From positions 11,844 to 75,843 of the forward strand of contig JBNJFI010000002.1 in the NCBI GenBank assembly GCA_051746725.1: a DNA stretch of 64,000 nucleotides, in the 5' to 3' direction. The position numbers and the translations under genes were made by a program. Under the pieces are notes generated by a model. It ran no database searches, had not been told where the DNA came from, and saw only the letters and a program-made list of their open reading frames with translations. This document shows, one piece after another, positions 29,718 to 39,787 of this stretch (positions within the stretch are counted from its first letter, which is position 1; the number at the start of each line of letters is the position of its first letter). Origin of the DNA: Fusobacteriota bacterium (GTDB lineage Bacteria; Fusobacteriota; Fusobacteriia; Fusobacteriales; JBNJFI01).

Positions 29718-31835
29718 TTATTTTTTCTTATCATCTTTTAATAATGCTTTTCGACTTAAAGAGAATTTTCCGTTTTTCTTATCTACTTCAATTACTTTAA
29801 CTTCTATTTCTTCCCCTTCAGATAAAACATCTTCAACATTTTTGATTCTTTTATTTGCAACTTTTGATATATGTAATAACCCTTCTTTTCCAGGTAATAT
29901 TTCAACAAAGGCTCCAAAATTAGTTATTTTTTTTATTTCTCCTTTATAAACTTTTCCTTTTTCAACATCTTTTGTTTGCAATTCTATTTCTCTTATAGTT
30001 TCTTCCAATTGTTCTTTGGTATCAGAATAAACTTTAACCGTTCCATCATCTTCAATATTAATTTGAGATCCAGTTTTTTCAATTATTGCTTTAATGTTTT
30101 TACCTGCTGGCCCAATTAATCCTCCAATTTTTTCTTTATCGATTTTAAGAGTTTCAACTCTAGGTACATTTTCCGCAAAATCTTCCTTAGGTTTTTCAAT
30201 TGCTGCATTCATTGTATCAAGAATTGTTAATCTTGCGTCTAAAGCTTGCTTTAAAGCTTGCTTCATTATTTCTTTACTGATTCCAGTAATCTTAATATCC
30301 ATTTGAATAGCAGTTATTCCATCCTTTGTTCCTGCAACTTTAAAGTCCATATCTCCAAGATGATCTTCTAATCCCATTATATCTGTTAATACAACATGAT
30401 CTTCTCCCTCTTTAATAAGTCCCATTGCAATTCCAGCTACAGCAGATTTAATTGGAACCCCTGCTTCCATAAGTGCCAATGAACCTCCACATATACTTGC
30501 CTGTGATGATGATCCATTTGATTCAGTTATTTCAGAAACAACTCTTAATGTATATGGAAATTCTTCTTCATCTGGTAGAACATAGCTTAAAGCTCTTTCT
30601 GCTAAATTACCATGACCTAACTCTCTTCTTCCAGGACCCCTCATATACCCAGCTTCTCCTACACAATATGGTGGAAAATTATAATGCATATAGAATTTCT
30701 TTTTGACTTCCTCATCTAAACCATCTATAATCTGCTCATCTGCTGCAGTTCCCAATGTAGCTGATACCAAGGCTTGAGTTTCTCCTCTTGTAAATAAAGC
30801 AGAACCATGTGGGTTAGGTAAAATATCAATTTGAGCGTCTAAATTTCTAATTTCATCTGTTTTTCTTCCATCAACTCTATGTTTTTTATATAAAATAGCT
30901 TTTCTTACCATATCTTTCATTAAATCATGATAATATGTCTTAAAATCAGATATGATATTGTCTAATTCTTCACTATCTTCATATTTTTCTTCTAATTTTT
31001 CAATACATTCCTTTTCTAAAGAATCTACAGCTTCTTCTCTTGCTTCTTTTCCTTTGGAAGCTACTGCATCAGCTAAAGCTTTTTCAACTTCCTCTGTTAC
31101 TATTTCTTTAGATTCAGTCATTAATTCTGGTTTTTCAAATTCCCATTTTTCTTTCCCAGCCATTTTTCTGAACTCTTCTTGAAAAGTAACTATTTTTTTT
31201 ATTTCATCATGACCCTTCATAATAGCTTCTAGCATAAGATCTTCTGATATCTCATTAGCTCCTGCTTCTACCATAGTAACAGCATCTTTTGTACCTGCTA
31301 CTGATAATTCTAAATCACTCATTTCTAATTGCTCTGGAGTAGGATTAATTACAATTTCATTATCAATATATCCAACATTAATTCCTCCAACAGGTTCCGT
31401 AAAAGGTATATCTGAAATAATTAAAGCTGTAGAAGCTCCTATCATTCCAAGTATGTCTGGAGTATTTACCCCATCATAAGACAATACAGTTAATACTATA
31501 TGTACTGCATTTTTATAACCATCTGGAAATAGCGGTCTTATTGGTCTATCTATTAATCTTGCAGTCAAAGTAGCTTTTGTAGAAGGTCTTGCTTCTCTTT
31601 TAAAAAAACCTCCTGGAATCTTACCTGCTGCATACATTTTTTCTATAAAATCTACAGTTAATGGAAAAAAATTAGTCCCTTTTTTAGGTTCTTTTTCTCC
31701 TACTACTGTTGCTAAAACGGTTGTTCCTCCATAAGTAACTAAAACTGCACCATCGGCTTGCCGAGCTACTTGTCCTGATTCTACTTTTAAAGTCCTCCCT
31801 GCTAGCTCCATTTCTAAAACTTTCTTGTCAAACAT
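29718..31835 (-). CDS. pnp: Polyribonucleotide nucleotidyltransferase (PNPase)
   Basis: [44 protein letters not shown], and KH and S1 domains. Confidence 0.97.
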   Translation of the reverse strand: MFDKKVLEMELAGRTLKVESGQVARQADGAVLVTYGGTTVLATVVGEKEPKKGTNFFPLTVDFIEKMYAAGKIPGGFFKREARPSTKATLTARLIDRPIRPLFPDGYKNAVHIVLTVLSYDGVNTPDILGMIGASTALIISDIPFTEPVGGINVGYIDNEIVINPTPEQLEMSDLELSVAGTKDAVTMVEAGANEISEDLMLEAIMKGHDEIKKIVTFQEEFRKMAGKEKWEFEKPELMTESKEIVTEEVEKALADAVASKGKEAREEAVDSLEKECIEKLEEKYEDSEELDNIISDFKTYYHDLMKDMVRKAILYKKHRVDGRKTDEIRNLDAQIDILPNPHGSALFTRGETQALVSATLGTAADEQIIDGLDEEVKKKFYMHYNFPPYCVGEAGYMRGPGRRELGHGNLAERALSYVLPDEEEFPYTLRVVSEITESNGSSSQASICGGSLALMEAGVPIKSAVAGIAMGLIKEGEDHVVLTDIMGLEDHLGDMDFKVAGTKDGITAIQMDIKITGISKEIMKQALKQALDARLTILDTMNAAIEKPKEDFAENVPRVETLKIDKEKIGGLIGPAGKNIKAIIEKTGSQINIEDDGTVKVYSDTKEQLEETIREIELQTKDVEKGKVYKGEIKKITNFGAFVEILPGKEGLLHISKVANKRIKNVEDVLSEGEEIEVKVIEVDKKNGKFSLSRKALLKDDKKK

Positions 31836-31852
31836 TATTTCCTCCCTTTAAG

Positions 31853-31880
31853 AAAAAAACGGGATTTCTCCCGTTTTTTT
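31853..31880 (-). terminator. Terminator/attenuator between rpsO and pnp
   Basis: AAAAAAACGGGA-TTTC-TCCCGTTTTTTT. Confidence 0.75.
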
Positions 31881-32139
31881 ATTTTCTTATTCCTAATTTT
31901 TTAATTAATTTTCTATATTTTTCAATATCTTTTTTCTTATAATACTTTAATAATCTTTTTCTTTTACCTACCATTTTTAATAAACCTAATCTTGAATGCT
32001 TGTCTTGCTTATGTTTCTTTAAATGTTCAGTAAGATTATTAATTCTATCTGTAAGTAATGCTATTTGCACTTCAGAAGAACCAGTATCTTTCTCGTGTCT
32101 TTGAAACTCATTAAGAATTTTTTCCGTGTTTTGTGCCAT
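31879..32139 (-). CDS. rpsO: 30S ribosomal protein S15
   Basis: [32 protein letters not shown]. Confidence 0.97.
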   Translation of the reverse strand: MAQNTEKILNEFQRHEKDTGSSEVQIALLTDRINNLTEHLKKHKQDKHSRLGLLKMVGKRKRLLKYYKKKDIEKYRKLIKKLGIRK

Positions 32140-32285
32140 TATTATCTCCTCCTATTTTGAATTATCTATTCCAAGTAAATGGACGGCTTACCACAAACCT
32201 AGAACAAATTTATAAAGTAATTATATCATATCTAATTACTTTTGTAAATAGATTTTTGGGTTCTTTTATCTTATGTATATATTTT

Positions 32286-33137
32286 TTATATATTATTTTG
32301 ATCTTTGTAAGCTTTTACTGTATTTTTTAGTAACATTGCAATAGTCATTGGACCAACTCCTCCAGGAACTGGAGTAATTTTAGAAGCTTTTTTGCTAACA
32401 TTTTCATAATCAACATCCCCGGTTAGCTTTCCATTAACTTTATTAATTCCTATATCAATAACTATAGCATCTTTTTTAACCATATCCTCAGTTATTAAAT
32501 CTGGTTTTCCTACACCTACTATTAAGATATCTGCATTTAGTGTGTGTTTTTTTAAATTATCTGTATGTATATGACATATTTCTACTGTAGCAAAAGAATT
32601 TAAAAGTAATGATGCCATGGGTTTACCAACAATATTACTAGCTCCAACTACAACAGCATTTTTACCTTTAACATCTATATCATATTCTTTAAACATCTCC
32701 ATAACCCCTAGAGGAGTACAAGGAGCAAATGAATCCAAACCAATCAATAATCGACCAGAGTTATAAGGGTGAAAACCGTCTACATCTTTTTTGATTGAAA
32801 CAGCTTCCACTATTCTTTCCGTGTCTATGTGATCAGGCAAAGGTAATTGAACTAAAATTCCATTTATTTTATCATCTTTATTTAAATTTTCTACTTGCTT
32901 TAATAATTCCTCTTCTGAAATATCATCGTCAAATCTTTTAATTTCAGAATAAATCCCTGCTTCCTTACAAGATCGCCCCTTCATTTTTACATAAGTTTCA
33001 CTTGCAGGATCTTCCCCTACTAAAATAACTGCTAATCCAGGAACTTCACCTATTTTTGCCTTTAATTCTGAAACTTCCTTTTTAAGATTTTTTTTTACCT
33101 TTTTTGCCATTTTTCTTCCATCAATAATCTTTGTCAC
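32286..33137 (-). CDS. folD: Methylenetetrahydrofolate dehydrogenase/cyclohydrolase
   Basis: GILVQLPLP, KDVDGFHP, PCTP, ITPVPGGVGPMT; GTG start. Confidence 0.97.
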   Translation of the reverse strand: MTKIIDGRKMAKKVKKNLKKEVSELKAKIGEVPGLAVILVGEDPASETYVKMKGRSCKEAGIYSEIKRFDDDISEEELLKQVENLNKDDKINGILVQLPLPDHIDTERIVEAVSIKKDVDGFHPYNSGRLLIGLDSFAPCTPLGVMEMFKEYDIDVKGKNAVVVGASNIVGKPMASLLLNSFATVEICHIHTDNLKKHTLNADILIVGVGKPDLITEDMVKKDAIVIDIGINKVNGKLTGDVDYENVSKKASKITPVPGGVGPMTIAMLLKNTVKAYKDQNNI

Positions 33138-33189
33138 TTAACAAGCCTCCTTATTTTTTATAGTTCTGTGAGGATATCATTATTTAAAA

Positions 33190-33825
33190 TTATTTATTTT
33201 TAGCATTTTTCCAATAGTTTAGTTCTTGTAATTTTGCATATAAATCAACATTTTTTATTGTAACGTCTCTTAAAGGTTTTAATTTTACCGGTGCAAAATT
33301 TAAAATAGCTTCTATTCCTGCTCTTGCCAATCGGTTAGATATTTCTTGAGCTGCCATTTTCGGAACAGCAATTATTGCAGTTTCAACATCAGGGTTTTCT
33401 TCTAAATATGATTCTAATTCAGAAACATCAGCAACTTCAACTCCTTGAATAGTCGACCCAACTTTTTCCGGTGATTTATCAAAAGTTTTCATTAATTTAA
33501 ATTTTTCTTTTGTAAATTCAGGTTCTGCTAATAGAGCATTTCCTAATCTACCTACTCCAACTAGTATAATTTGGTGTACTGTATCAACCCCTAATATTTT
33601 TTCTATATCATCATATAGCGCCTTTATATGATACCCTTTTCCTCTAACTCCAAATTCTCCAAAATTAGATAAATCTTTCCTTACTTGTGCTGCTGTATAC
33701 CCCATTTTAGTTGCTAAAGTTTCAGATGAAATATAATCCGAACCATCTAAATTTTCTAAACATCTTAAATATTTAGTTAATCTTTCAATCACTCTTGGTG
33801 AAATTTTTTTCTTTTTCTTTTTCAT
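33190..33825 (-). CDS. rex: Redox-sensing transcriptional repressor Rex
   Basis: RLTKYLRCL, QVRKDLSNFGEFGVRGKGY, VGVGRLGNAL, ILNFAP. Start moved to the ATG at 33825 behind AGGAGG. Confidence 0.95.
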   Translation of the reverse strand: MKKKKKKISPRVIERLTKYLRCLENLDGSDYISSETLATKMGYTAAQVRKDLSNFGEFGVRGKGYHIKALYDDIEKILGVDTVHQIILVGVGRLGNALLAEPEFTKEKFKLMKTFDKSPEKVGSTIQGVEVADVSELESYLEENPDVETAIIAVPKMAAQEISNRLARAGIEAILNFAPVKLKPLRDVTIKNVDLYAKLQELNYWKNAKNK

Positions 33826-33841
33826 TTCTCCTCCTAGTCTT

Positions 33842-34786
33842 TTATTTGTTTTTAAATTTATCACTTTTTTTTATATATTTACCATTAATTGCATCTATCC
33901 CTGACATTTTTTGTTTGTTAGCTGGTTGAACTTTCTTTAAAATAACTCCTCCATTTTTAACTTTAACCAAAGGACCTTTATCCTTTATAAGCCGTATTAC
34001 TTGACCATTTTGTAATTTTTGTTCTCCAGGAGTTATCTCCACCTTTTTAACTTCATATATTTTAAATCTTTTTTTATTTAAAAAAGAATATGCCGTTGGA
34101 AAAGGATTTAATCCTCTAACAAAATTAAATAAGTCTTCTTTTGTCATATCCCAATTGATCATAGCATCTTTTTTGGAAATAGGTTTTGCATAAGTAGCTT
34201 TTGAATCATCTTGAGAAATAGCCTTGACTTTTCCATCTTTTATTAAATCCAAAGCTTCTTTTAAAGCCTTTCTTCCCAAAATAGATAACCTATCATGAAT
34301 TGTTTCTAAGTTATCATCTTCTTTTATCTTTGTTTCTTTTTTCAAAATCATATCTCCAGCATCCAATTTAGGCTCAATATACATTACTGTTACTCCTGTT
34401 TTTTTCTCTCCATTGATAATCGAATATTGTAAAGGAGCCGCACCTCTATATTTAGGTAATAAAGAAGCATGAATGTTTATAGTTTTAAACTTAGGTATAT
34501 CAATTAATTGTTTTGGTAAAATTTTTCCATAGGCTACCACAACAATTATGTCCGGATCTAGACCTTCCACTAAAGCTATAGTATCTTCAGACTTAACAGA
34601 TTTAGGTTGATAAACATCCAAATTATTATCAATAGCATATTTTTTTACAGGAGAATACCTAATCTTATTACCACGCTTATTTACCTTATCAGGTTTAGTA
34701 AATACTCCTACCACTTCATGTTCCTTATTTAAAAGATCCAATGACTCAACTGAAAATTCTGGAGTTCCCATAAAAATAACTCTCAT
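33842..34786 (-). CDS. fmt: Methionyl-tRNA formyltransferase
   Basis: FMGTPEFS, VVAYGKILP, NIHASLLPKYRGAAP. Confidence 0.97.
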   Translation of the reverse strand: MRVIFMGTPEFSVESLDLLNKEHEVVGVFTKPDKVNKRGNKIRYSPVKKYAIDNNLDVYQPKSVKSEDTIALVEGLDPDIIVVVAYGKILPKQLIDIPKFKTINIHASLLPKYRGAAPLQYSIINGEKKTGVTVMYIEPKLDAGDMILKKETKIKEDDNLETIHDRLSILGRKALKEALDLIKDGKVKAISQDDSKATYAKPISKKDAMINWDMTKEDLFNFVRGLNPFPTAYSFLNKKRFKIYEVKKVEITPGEQKLQNGQVIRLIKDKGPLVKVKNGGVILKKVQPANKQKMSGIDAINGKYIKKSDKFKNK

Positions 34787-34794
34787 AAATTATA

Positions 34795-35301
34795 TCACAA
34801 CCTTTTTAATTCGTTTTTAGTATTTCTTGCTAATTTTTTCAACTTTTTTGATATTAATTTTTTTCTAAGTCTTGAAACTTTATCTACAAATAAAACTCCT
34901 TCTAGATGATCAAACTCATGCAAAAAAGCTCTTGCATCCATTCCATTTAAAATTTCTTCAATTTCTTTTCCAGTTTCATCTAAATATTTCACCTTGATTT
35001 CTAAAGGCCTTTTTACTTTAGAGTATATTCCTGGAATACTCAAACAACCTTCTTCCTTAGTATCATCCTCATCGGATTTCTTTAAAATAATAGGATTGAT
35101 AACTTTTTTAGTTTCTCCAGCAATTTCAGTTAAAAAAACTCTTTTTAATATTCCGACTTGGGGAGCTGCTAATCCCGCCCCAGAAGCTTCATGCATGGTG
35201 TCTTCCATTTTAATTATCAAACCTTTAATATCATCAGTAAGTTCATCTACTTTTTTGGATTTTTTCCGCAAAAGCGGATTCCCATATTTGATTATTTTCA
35301 C
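34795..35301 (-). CDS. def: Peptide deformylase
   Basis: GAGLAAPQVG, EGCLS, HEFDH. Confidence 0.97.
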   Translation of the reverse strand: MKIIKYGNPLLRKKSKKVDELTDDIKGLIIKMEDTMHEASGAGLAAPQVGILKRVFLTEIAGETKKVINPIILKKSDEDDTKEEGCLSIPGIYSKVKRPLEIKVKYLDETGKEIEEILNGMDARAFLHEFDHLEGVLFVDKVSRLRKKLISKKLKKLARNTKNELKRL

Positions 35302-35324
35302 TTTAATTCCTCCCTATTTGATTA

Positions 35325-37472
35325 TTACAAAAGATTAATTGGATCTACATCAATTGTAACTCTTATATCTTGTTTTTTAAACTTTGAAAATTTATCATAC
35401 AATTCAAATTTATAATTATTAATCTCTTTTCGCTTCCCTTTAATAAAAATTTGGAACCTATATCTTTTTTGAATTCGATATAAGGGAGCTTCAAAGGGAC
35501 CATATATAGTTAATTTATCAGTTTTTATTTTATTATAAAAATTCTGAGCTTCAATTTTCAATTTTTTTTCATTTTCAGAAGAGACTATAATATTAATTAG
35601 CTTTCCAAAAGGTGGATAGTTTAATTCACGGCGCATTTTAATCTCTTTTTTATATAGATTATCATAATCATAATTTAATGCATTCTGAATCACATAATGA
35701 TCTGGAGAATAAGTTTGAATCAAAACTTCTCCTTTTTCAGCTCCTCTACCTGCTCGTCCAGATGCCTGTACTATAAGATTAAAAGTCTTTTCTCCTGCTC
35801 TAAAATCAGGAAAATTTAAAGTAGCATCAGCTGAAATAATTCCAACTAAAGTTATATTTGGAAAATGAAATCCTTTGGAAATAATCTGTGTTCCCACTAA
35901 TATATCGTATTTTTCAGCTAAAAAGTCATTATAAATTTTTTCATAACTTCCTTTTGTTTTTACCGTATCTGAATCAACTCTTAATATTTTTGCTTCTCGA
36001 AAATACTCTTGTAATTTTAATTCTAATTTTTCTGTTCCTTTACCATAAAATTTTAAATCCTTACTTCCGCATGATTTACAAATATTTTCAAACTTTTTTG
36101 TATAATCACAATATGAGCACCTTAATTCATTATCATATTTATAATAACTTAAAGTTACAGAGCAGTTTGGACAACTTTCGGTTTCTCCACAACTTTTACA
36201 TTGAACAAAACTTGAATATCCTTTTCTATTTAAAAAAATCAAAACCTGTTCTCTCTTTTGTAGTCTTTTGGAAATCTCTTCAAGTAGTTTTTCACTTAAA
36301 TTTGAATCTTTTTCTTTTTTCATATCTACGATTTCTACTTCAGGCAACTTTTTAGAATTATATCTTTTCTTTAATTCTAAAAGTTCAAAAATCCCTTTTT
36401 TTGCATAATCATATATATCTATCGATGGAGTCGCAGATCCTAAAATTATCTTAGCATCTTCTAACTCTGCTCTTTTTATTCCAACATATTTAGCATTATA
36501 TCTTGGATTTGAATCTTGTTTATAGGTGGTTTCATGTTCCTCATCAATAATTATATATTCTAAATTTTTTACTGGAGCATATATTGCGGACCTAACTCCT
36601 AAAACAAATTTTTTCTGTCCTCTATTTAGACTATACCATTCATCGGCTCTCTGTTTATTTGTTAATCTACTATGTAATACAGCTATATCTTTGGCAAATT
36701 CTTTTTTAAATCTTTGAACCATCTGAGGAGTTAAAGATATTTCGGGAACTAAAAACATTCCCCCTTTGCCATTTTTTATAGCTTCTTTTATAAGTTCAAT
36801 ATATACTTCAGTTTTTCCAGACCCAGTAATACCCTTTATTAAAAATCTATTTTTATCACTTTTTATAATAGTATCTCTAACTTTTTTTTGATCTTCTGTT
36901 AATTTAATATTTAAACTTGCAATCTCATCATATACATTTTTTTGTAAAAATCTTTCATTTGATCTGATCTCTTTATTTAATTTTATTACTCCCATTTTAT
37001 CAAATTTTTCAACAAGCTCTTTTCCAAAATGTTTATATAGAGTTTGAGGAGTTATTTCTTGCTTTTTTTGCATATATTCTAGAAATTTAGTTTCATTTTG
37101 GTTAGTTGGAATAATTGGTTTAACATAGGAATATCTTTCATATATATTTGCCTTTAAGTCTTTTGGATAAGCAGCAGCTATCACATCTTTAATATCTGCC
37201 AAATAATATTCTGAAATCCATAGTAATAATTTAATCATGTGTTTTGGTATACTAGGCTGATTTTTTATTAGAGAATCTATTTTTTTCACTTTATATTTAT
37301 ATTCTTTTTTTTCTTCCTTTTTTAAAATTAAAGCAATTTTTTCCTTTTTCCCAAATTTTACTAAAACCCAATTTCCAATTTTGTATTTATACTTGTCACC
37401 TTTATAAGTGAAAAGTTTACCTTTTATCCCATCAACATAAAGAGAGTAAAAAATTATATTATCTTTGCTCAT
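35325..37472 (-). CDS. priA: Primosomal protein N' (replication restart helicase)
   Basis: GITGSGKTEVY, VPEISLTPQ, DEEHE, four CXXC motifs, GRAGR. Confidence 0.96.
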   Translation of the reverse strand: MSKDNIIFYSLYVDGIKGKLFTYKGDKYKYKIGNWVLVKFGKKEKIALILKKEEKKEYKYKVKKIDSLIKNQPSIPKHMIKLLLWISEYYLADIKDVIAAAYPKDLKANIYERYSYVKPIIPTNQNETKFLEYMQKKQEITPQTLYKHFGKELVEKFDKMGVIKLNKEIRSNERFLQKNVYDEIASLNIKLTEDQKKVRDTIIKSDKNRFLIKGITGSGKTEVYIELIKEAIKNGKGGMFLVPEISLTPQMVQRFKKEFAKDIAVLHSRLTNKQRADEWYSLNRGQKKFVLGVRSAIYAPVKNLEYIIIDEEHETTYKQDSNPRYNAKYVGIKRAELEDAKIILGSATPSIDIYDYAKKGIFELLELKKRYNSKKLPEVEIVDMKKEKDSNLSEKLLEEISKRLQKREQVLIFLNRKGYSSFVQCKSCGETESCPNCSVTLSYYKYDNELRCSYCDYTKKFENICKSCGSKDLKFYGKGTEKLELKLQEYFREAKILRVDSDTVKTKGSYEKIYNDFLAEKYDILVGTQIISKGFHFPNITLVGIISADATLNFPDFRAGEKTFNLIVQASGRAGRGAEKGEVLIQTYSPDHYVIQNALNYDYDNLYKKEIKMRRELNYPPFGKLINIIVSSENEKKLKIEAQNFYNKIKTDKLTIYGPFEAPLYRIQKRYRFQIFIKGKRKEINNYKFELYDKFSKFKKQDIRVTIDVDPINLL

Positions 37473-38043
37473 TTTCTCTTATTTCATTTAGAAAGTTTTC
37501 CAACATTTTTAACCCACTTTTAGTTAATATGGATTCAGGATGAAATTGTACCCCCTCAATAAAGTACTTTTTATGTCTTATTCCCATTATTTCATTTTCT
37601 TTTGTCCAAGCAGTTATTTGAAGGTCTTTTCCCAATGTATTTTTATCTATAATTAAAGAATGATATCTAGTAGCTTCTAATGGATTTTCTAAATTTTTAA
37701 AAACTCCCATATTTTCGTGATAAATCTTAGAAGTTTTTCCATGCATTATATTTTCAGCATGCACTATTTTCGATCCAAAAACCTGGCCAATTGCTTGATG
37801 CCCTAAACACACACCTAGTATTGGATAATCGCCTTTTAAATTTTCTATTATTTCCAAAGAAATTCCAGCATCATCAGGGGTACCAGGTCCAGGTGAAATA
37901 ACAATTGCTTCTGGATCTATTTTTCGTATATCTTCCAAAGACAATTTATCATTTCTGATTACTTCTATTTCTTCTCCTAAAATTCCAAAATATTGCACTA
38001 AATTATATGTAAATGAATCATAATTATCAATCATCAAAATCAT
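37459..38043 (-). CDS. pabA: Aminodeoxychorismate/anthranilate synthase component II (glutamine amidotransferase)
   Basis: IDNYDSFTYNL, SPGPG, GVCLGHQ, RYHSL, QFHPES; pabB and pabC nearby favour pabA over trpG. Confidence 0.85.
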   Translation of the reverse strand: MILMIDNYDSFTYNLVQYFGILGEEIEVIRNDKLSLEDIRKIDPEAIVISPGPGTPDDAGISLEIIENLKGDYPILGVCLGHQAIGQVFGSKIVHAENIMHGKTSKIYHENMGVFKNLENPLEATRYHSLIIDKNTLGKDLQITAWTKENEIMGIRHKKYFIEGVQFHPESILTKSGLKMLENFLNEIRENEQR

Positions 38044-38423
38044 TTTAGCTTCTCCTTTATTCCTTTATTTATTTTTGATACTAATTTTTTGACTGAAATA
38101 GGTTTTTCTAAATAATTATCTGCTCCTATCTCAAATGTTTTTCTCTTGTCTTTACTAAATTTTTTTCCTGAAAAAAGGAAAACTGGAATATCTTTTAAAT
38201 TATCTTCTTTTTTTATTAATTTGCATATCTCAAAACCATCAAGATAACCAGGTTCAGGGATAATATCTAATAATACTAGATCCACATCTTGTATTATATC
38301 TAATAATTTATCTTCCCAATATGGAGCTGTGATAACCTCATAATCATATTGTTCCAATGCAAACTTAATAAAATCGATTAAACTAGGATCGTCATCTAAA
38401 TAGAAAATCTTTTTTTTTAACAT
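38040..38423 (-). CDS. Stand-alone response regulator receiver-domain protein
   Basis: LDDD, VLLD (phosphoacceptor Asp), DGFEICK, FS, GADNYLEKP. Confidence 0.88.
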   Translation of the reverse strand: MLKKKIFYLDDDPSLIDFIKFALEQYDYEVITAPYWEDKLLDIIQDVDLVLLDIIPEPGYLDGFEICKLIKKEDNLKDIPVFLFSGKKFSKDKRKTFEIGADNYLEKPISVKKLVSKINKGIKEKLK

Positions 38424-38424
38424 T

Positions 38425-39786
38425 TTAATCTCCCTTTATCAATGTCTTATAAGCTAATATCATTGCTCGTCCTTTGTTTATAATCTCCTTATATTCTTGA
38501 CTAGATACGGAGTCATATACAATCCCTGCACCTACTTGAAAATAGATTTTATTTTTTTTTTGTATAAAACTTCTAATTATTATATTTAAATCCATATTTC
38601 CATCAAACCCAATATAACCAACACTTCCAGTATAAAAACCACGTTTAGTTGGTTCTAGTTCTTCAATTATTTCCATACTTCTAACTTTTGGAGCTCCTGT
38701 TATCGTTCCTCCTGGAAATGTGGCTTTTATTAAATCTACGGCATCTTTTTTGCAATCTAATTCTCCTTTAACATTAGAAACTATATGCATAACATGTGAG
38801 TATTTTTCAATTGTCATCAGTTCATTTACATGCACAGTGCCATATTTACATACCCTACCTATATCATTTCTAACTAAATCAACAAGCATTATATGTTCTG
38901 CTCTTTCTTTTTCGTTTAATATTAATTCTCTTTCCATTTCAGATTCTGTTTCTTTTTTATTGCGTCTCGTCCCAGCAATAGGTCTTTCCTCTACAATTTG
39001 ATCTTTTATTCGGACTAATCTTTCTGGAGACTGACTTATCAAAGTAAAATCATCCCAAATAAGATAAGATGCAAATGGTGAAGGATTTATCTGTCTCAAA
39101 ACTTTATATAGTTCAAATGATTTTTCTTTTCTTAAAGGCGCCTCAAATCTCTGACTTAAATTCACTTGAAATATGTCCCCATTTTTAACATATTCTTTAG
39201 CTTTATCTACCATTGCTTCGAATTCTTTTTTTGACATATTAGAATCAAATAAGTTTAAATCACTAGGGTTAATATCACCTTTTATATTTTTCTTTTGTTT
39301 TTTATTTTTTAAATTAAGATCCCAATTATAATTTTTATTATTATAATTAATTTCAAAAAAATTATCAGTTTTCTTATCTTTTATAATTATTAATTGTGGA
39401 ATTCCAAAAACTCCCTGTGGTAGATTTAAATCATCAGTTGCATTATTGGGAATATTTTCTATCGTAGTGTTAAGGTCATATGAAAATATTCCAGCAAATC
39501 CTCCTGTAAAATAATCTTTATCTTTTTTTATCATATATTCTTCTTTTTTGGTTTTAATTACATCTTTAAATAATGAAAAAATATCTCCTTCAAGGAATTC
39601 ATTGTTTAAATAAAATTTATTATCCTTAATTTTTATAGTATCTGAAAAATCAGCCATTATATAAGAATATCTTCCATAATTATCATTAGCAGAATCAAGA
39701 ATTATTATATTCCCATTAAGTATTTCTTTGTTAATTTCATAAAAATCTATTATGCTGTTTCGACTTTTTTTTAAAACTCGTTCCAA
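38425..39786 (-). CDS. pabB: Aminodeoxychorismate synthase component I (chorismate-binding)
   Basis: GDIFQVNLSQR, SPERL, PIAGTR, KERAEHIMLVDL, FPGGTITGAPK. TTG start at 39786 behind GGAGG. The PIAGT motif is TrpE-like, so trpE is not excluded. Confidence 0.75.
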   Translation of the reverse strand: MERVLKKSRNSIIDFYEINKEILNGNIIILDSANDNYGRYSYIMADFSDTIKIKDNKFYLNNEFLEGDIFSLFKDVIKTKKEEYMIKKDKDYFTGGFAGIFSYDLNTTIENIPNNATDDLNLPQGVFGIPQLIIIKDKKTDNFFEINYNNKNYNWDLNLKNKKQKKNIKGDINPSDLNLFDSNMSKKEFEAMVDKAKEYVKNGDIFQVNLSQRFEAPLRKEKSFELYKVLRQINPSPFASYLIWDDFTLISQSPERLVRIKDQIVEERPIAGTRRNKKETESEMERELILNEKERAEHIMLVDLVRNDIGRVCKYGTVHVNELMTIEKYSHVMHIVSNVKGELDCKKDAVDLIKATFPGGTITGAPKVRSMEIIEELEPTKRGFYTGSVGYIGFDGNMDLNIIIRSFIQKKNKIYFQVGAGIVYDSVSSQEYKEIINKGRAMILAYKTLIKGD

Positions 39787-39787
39787 T

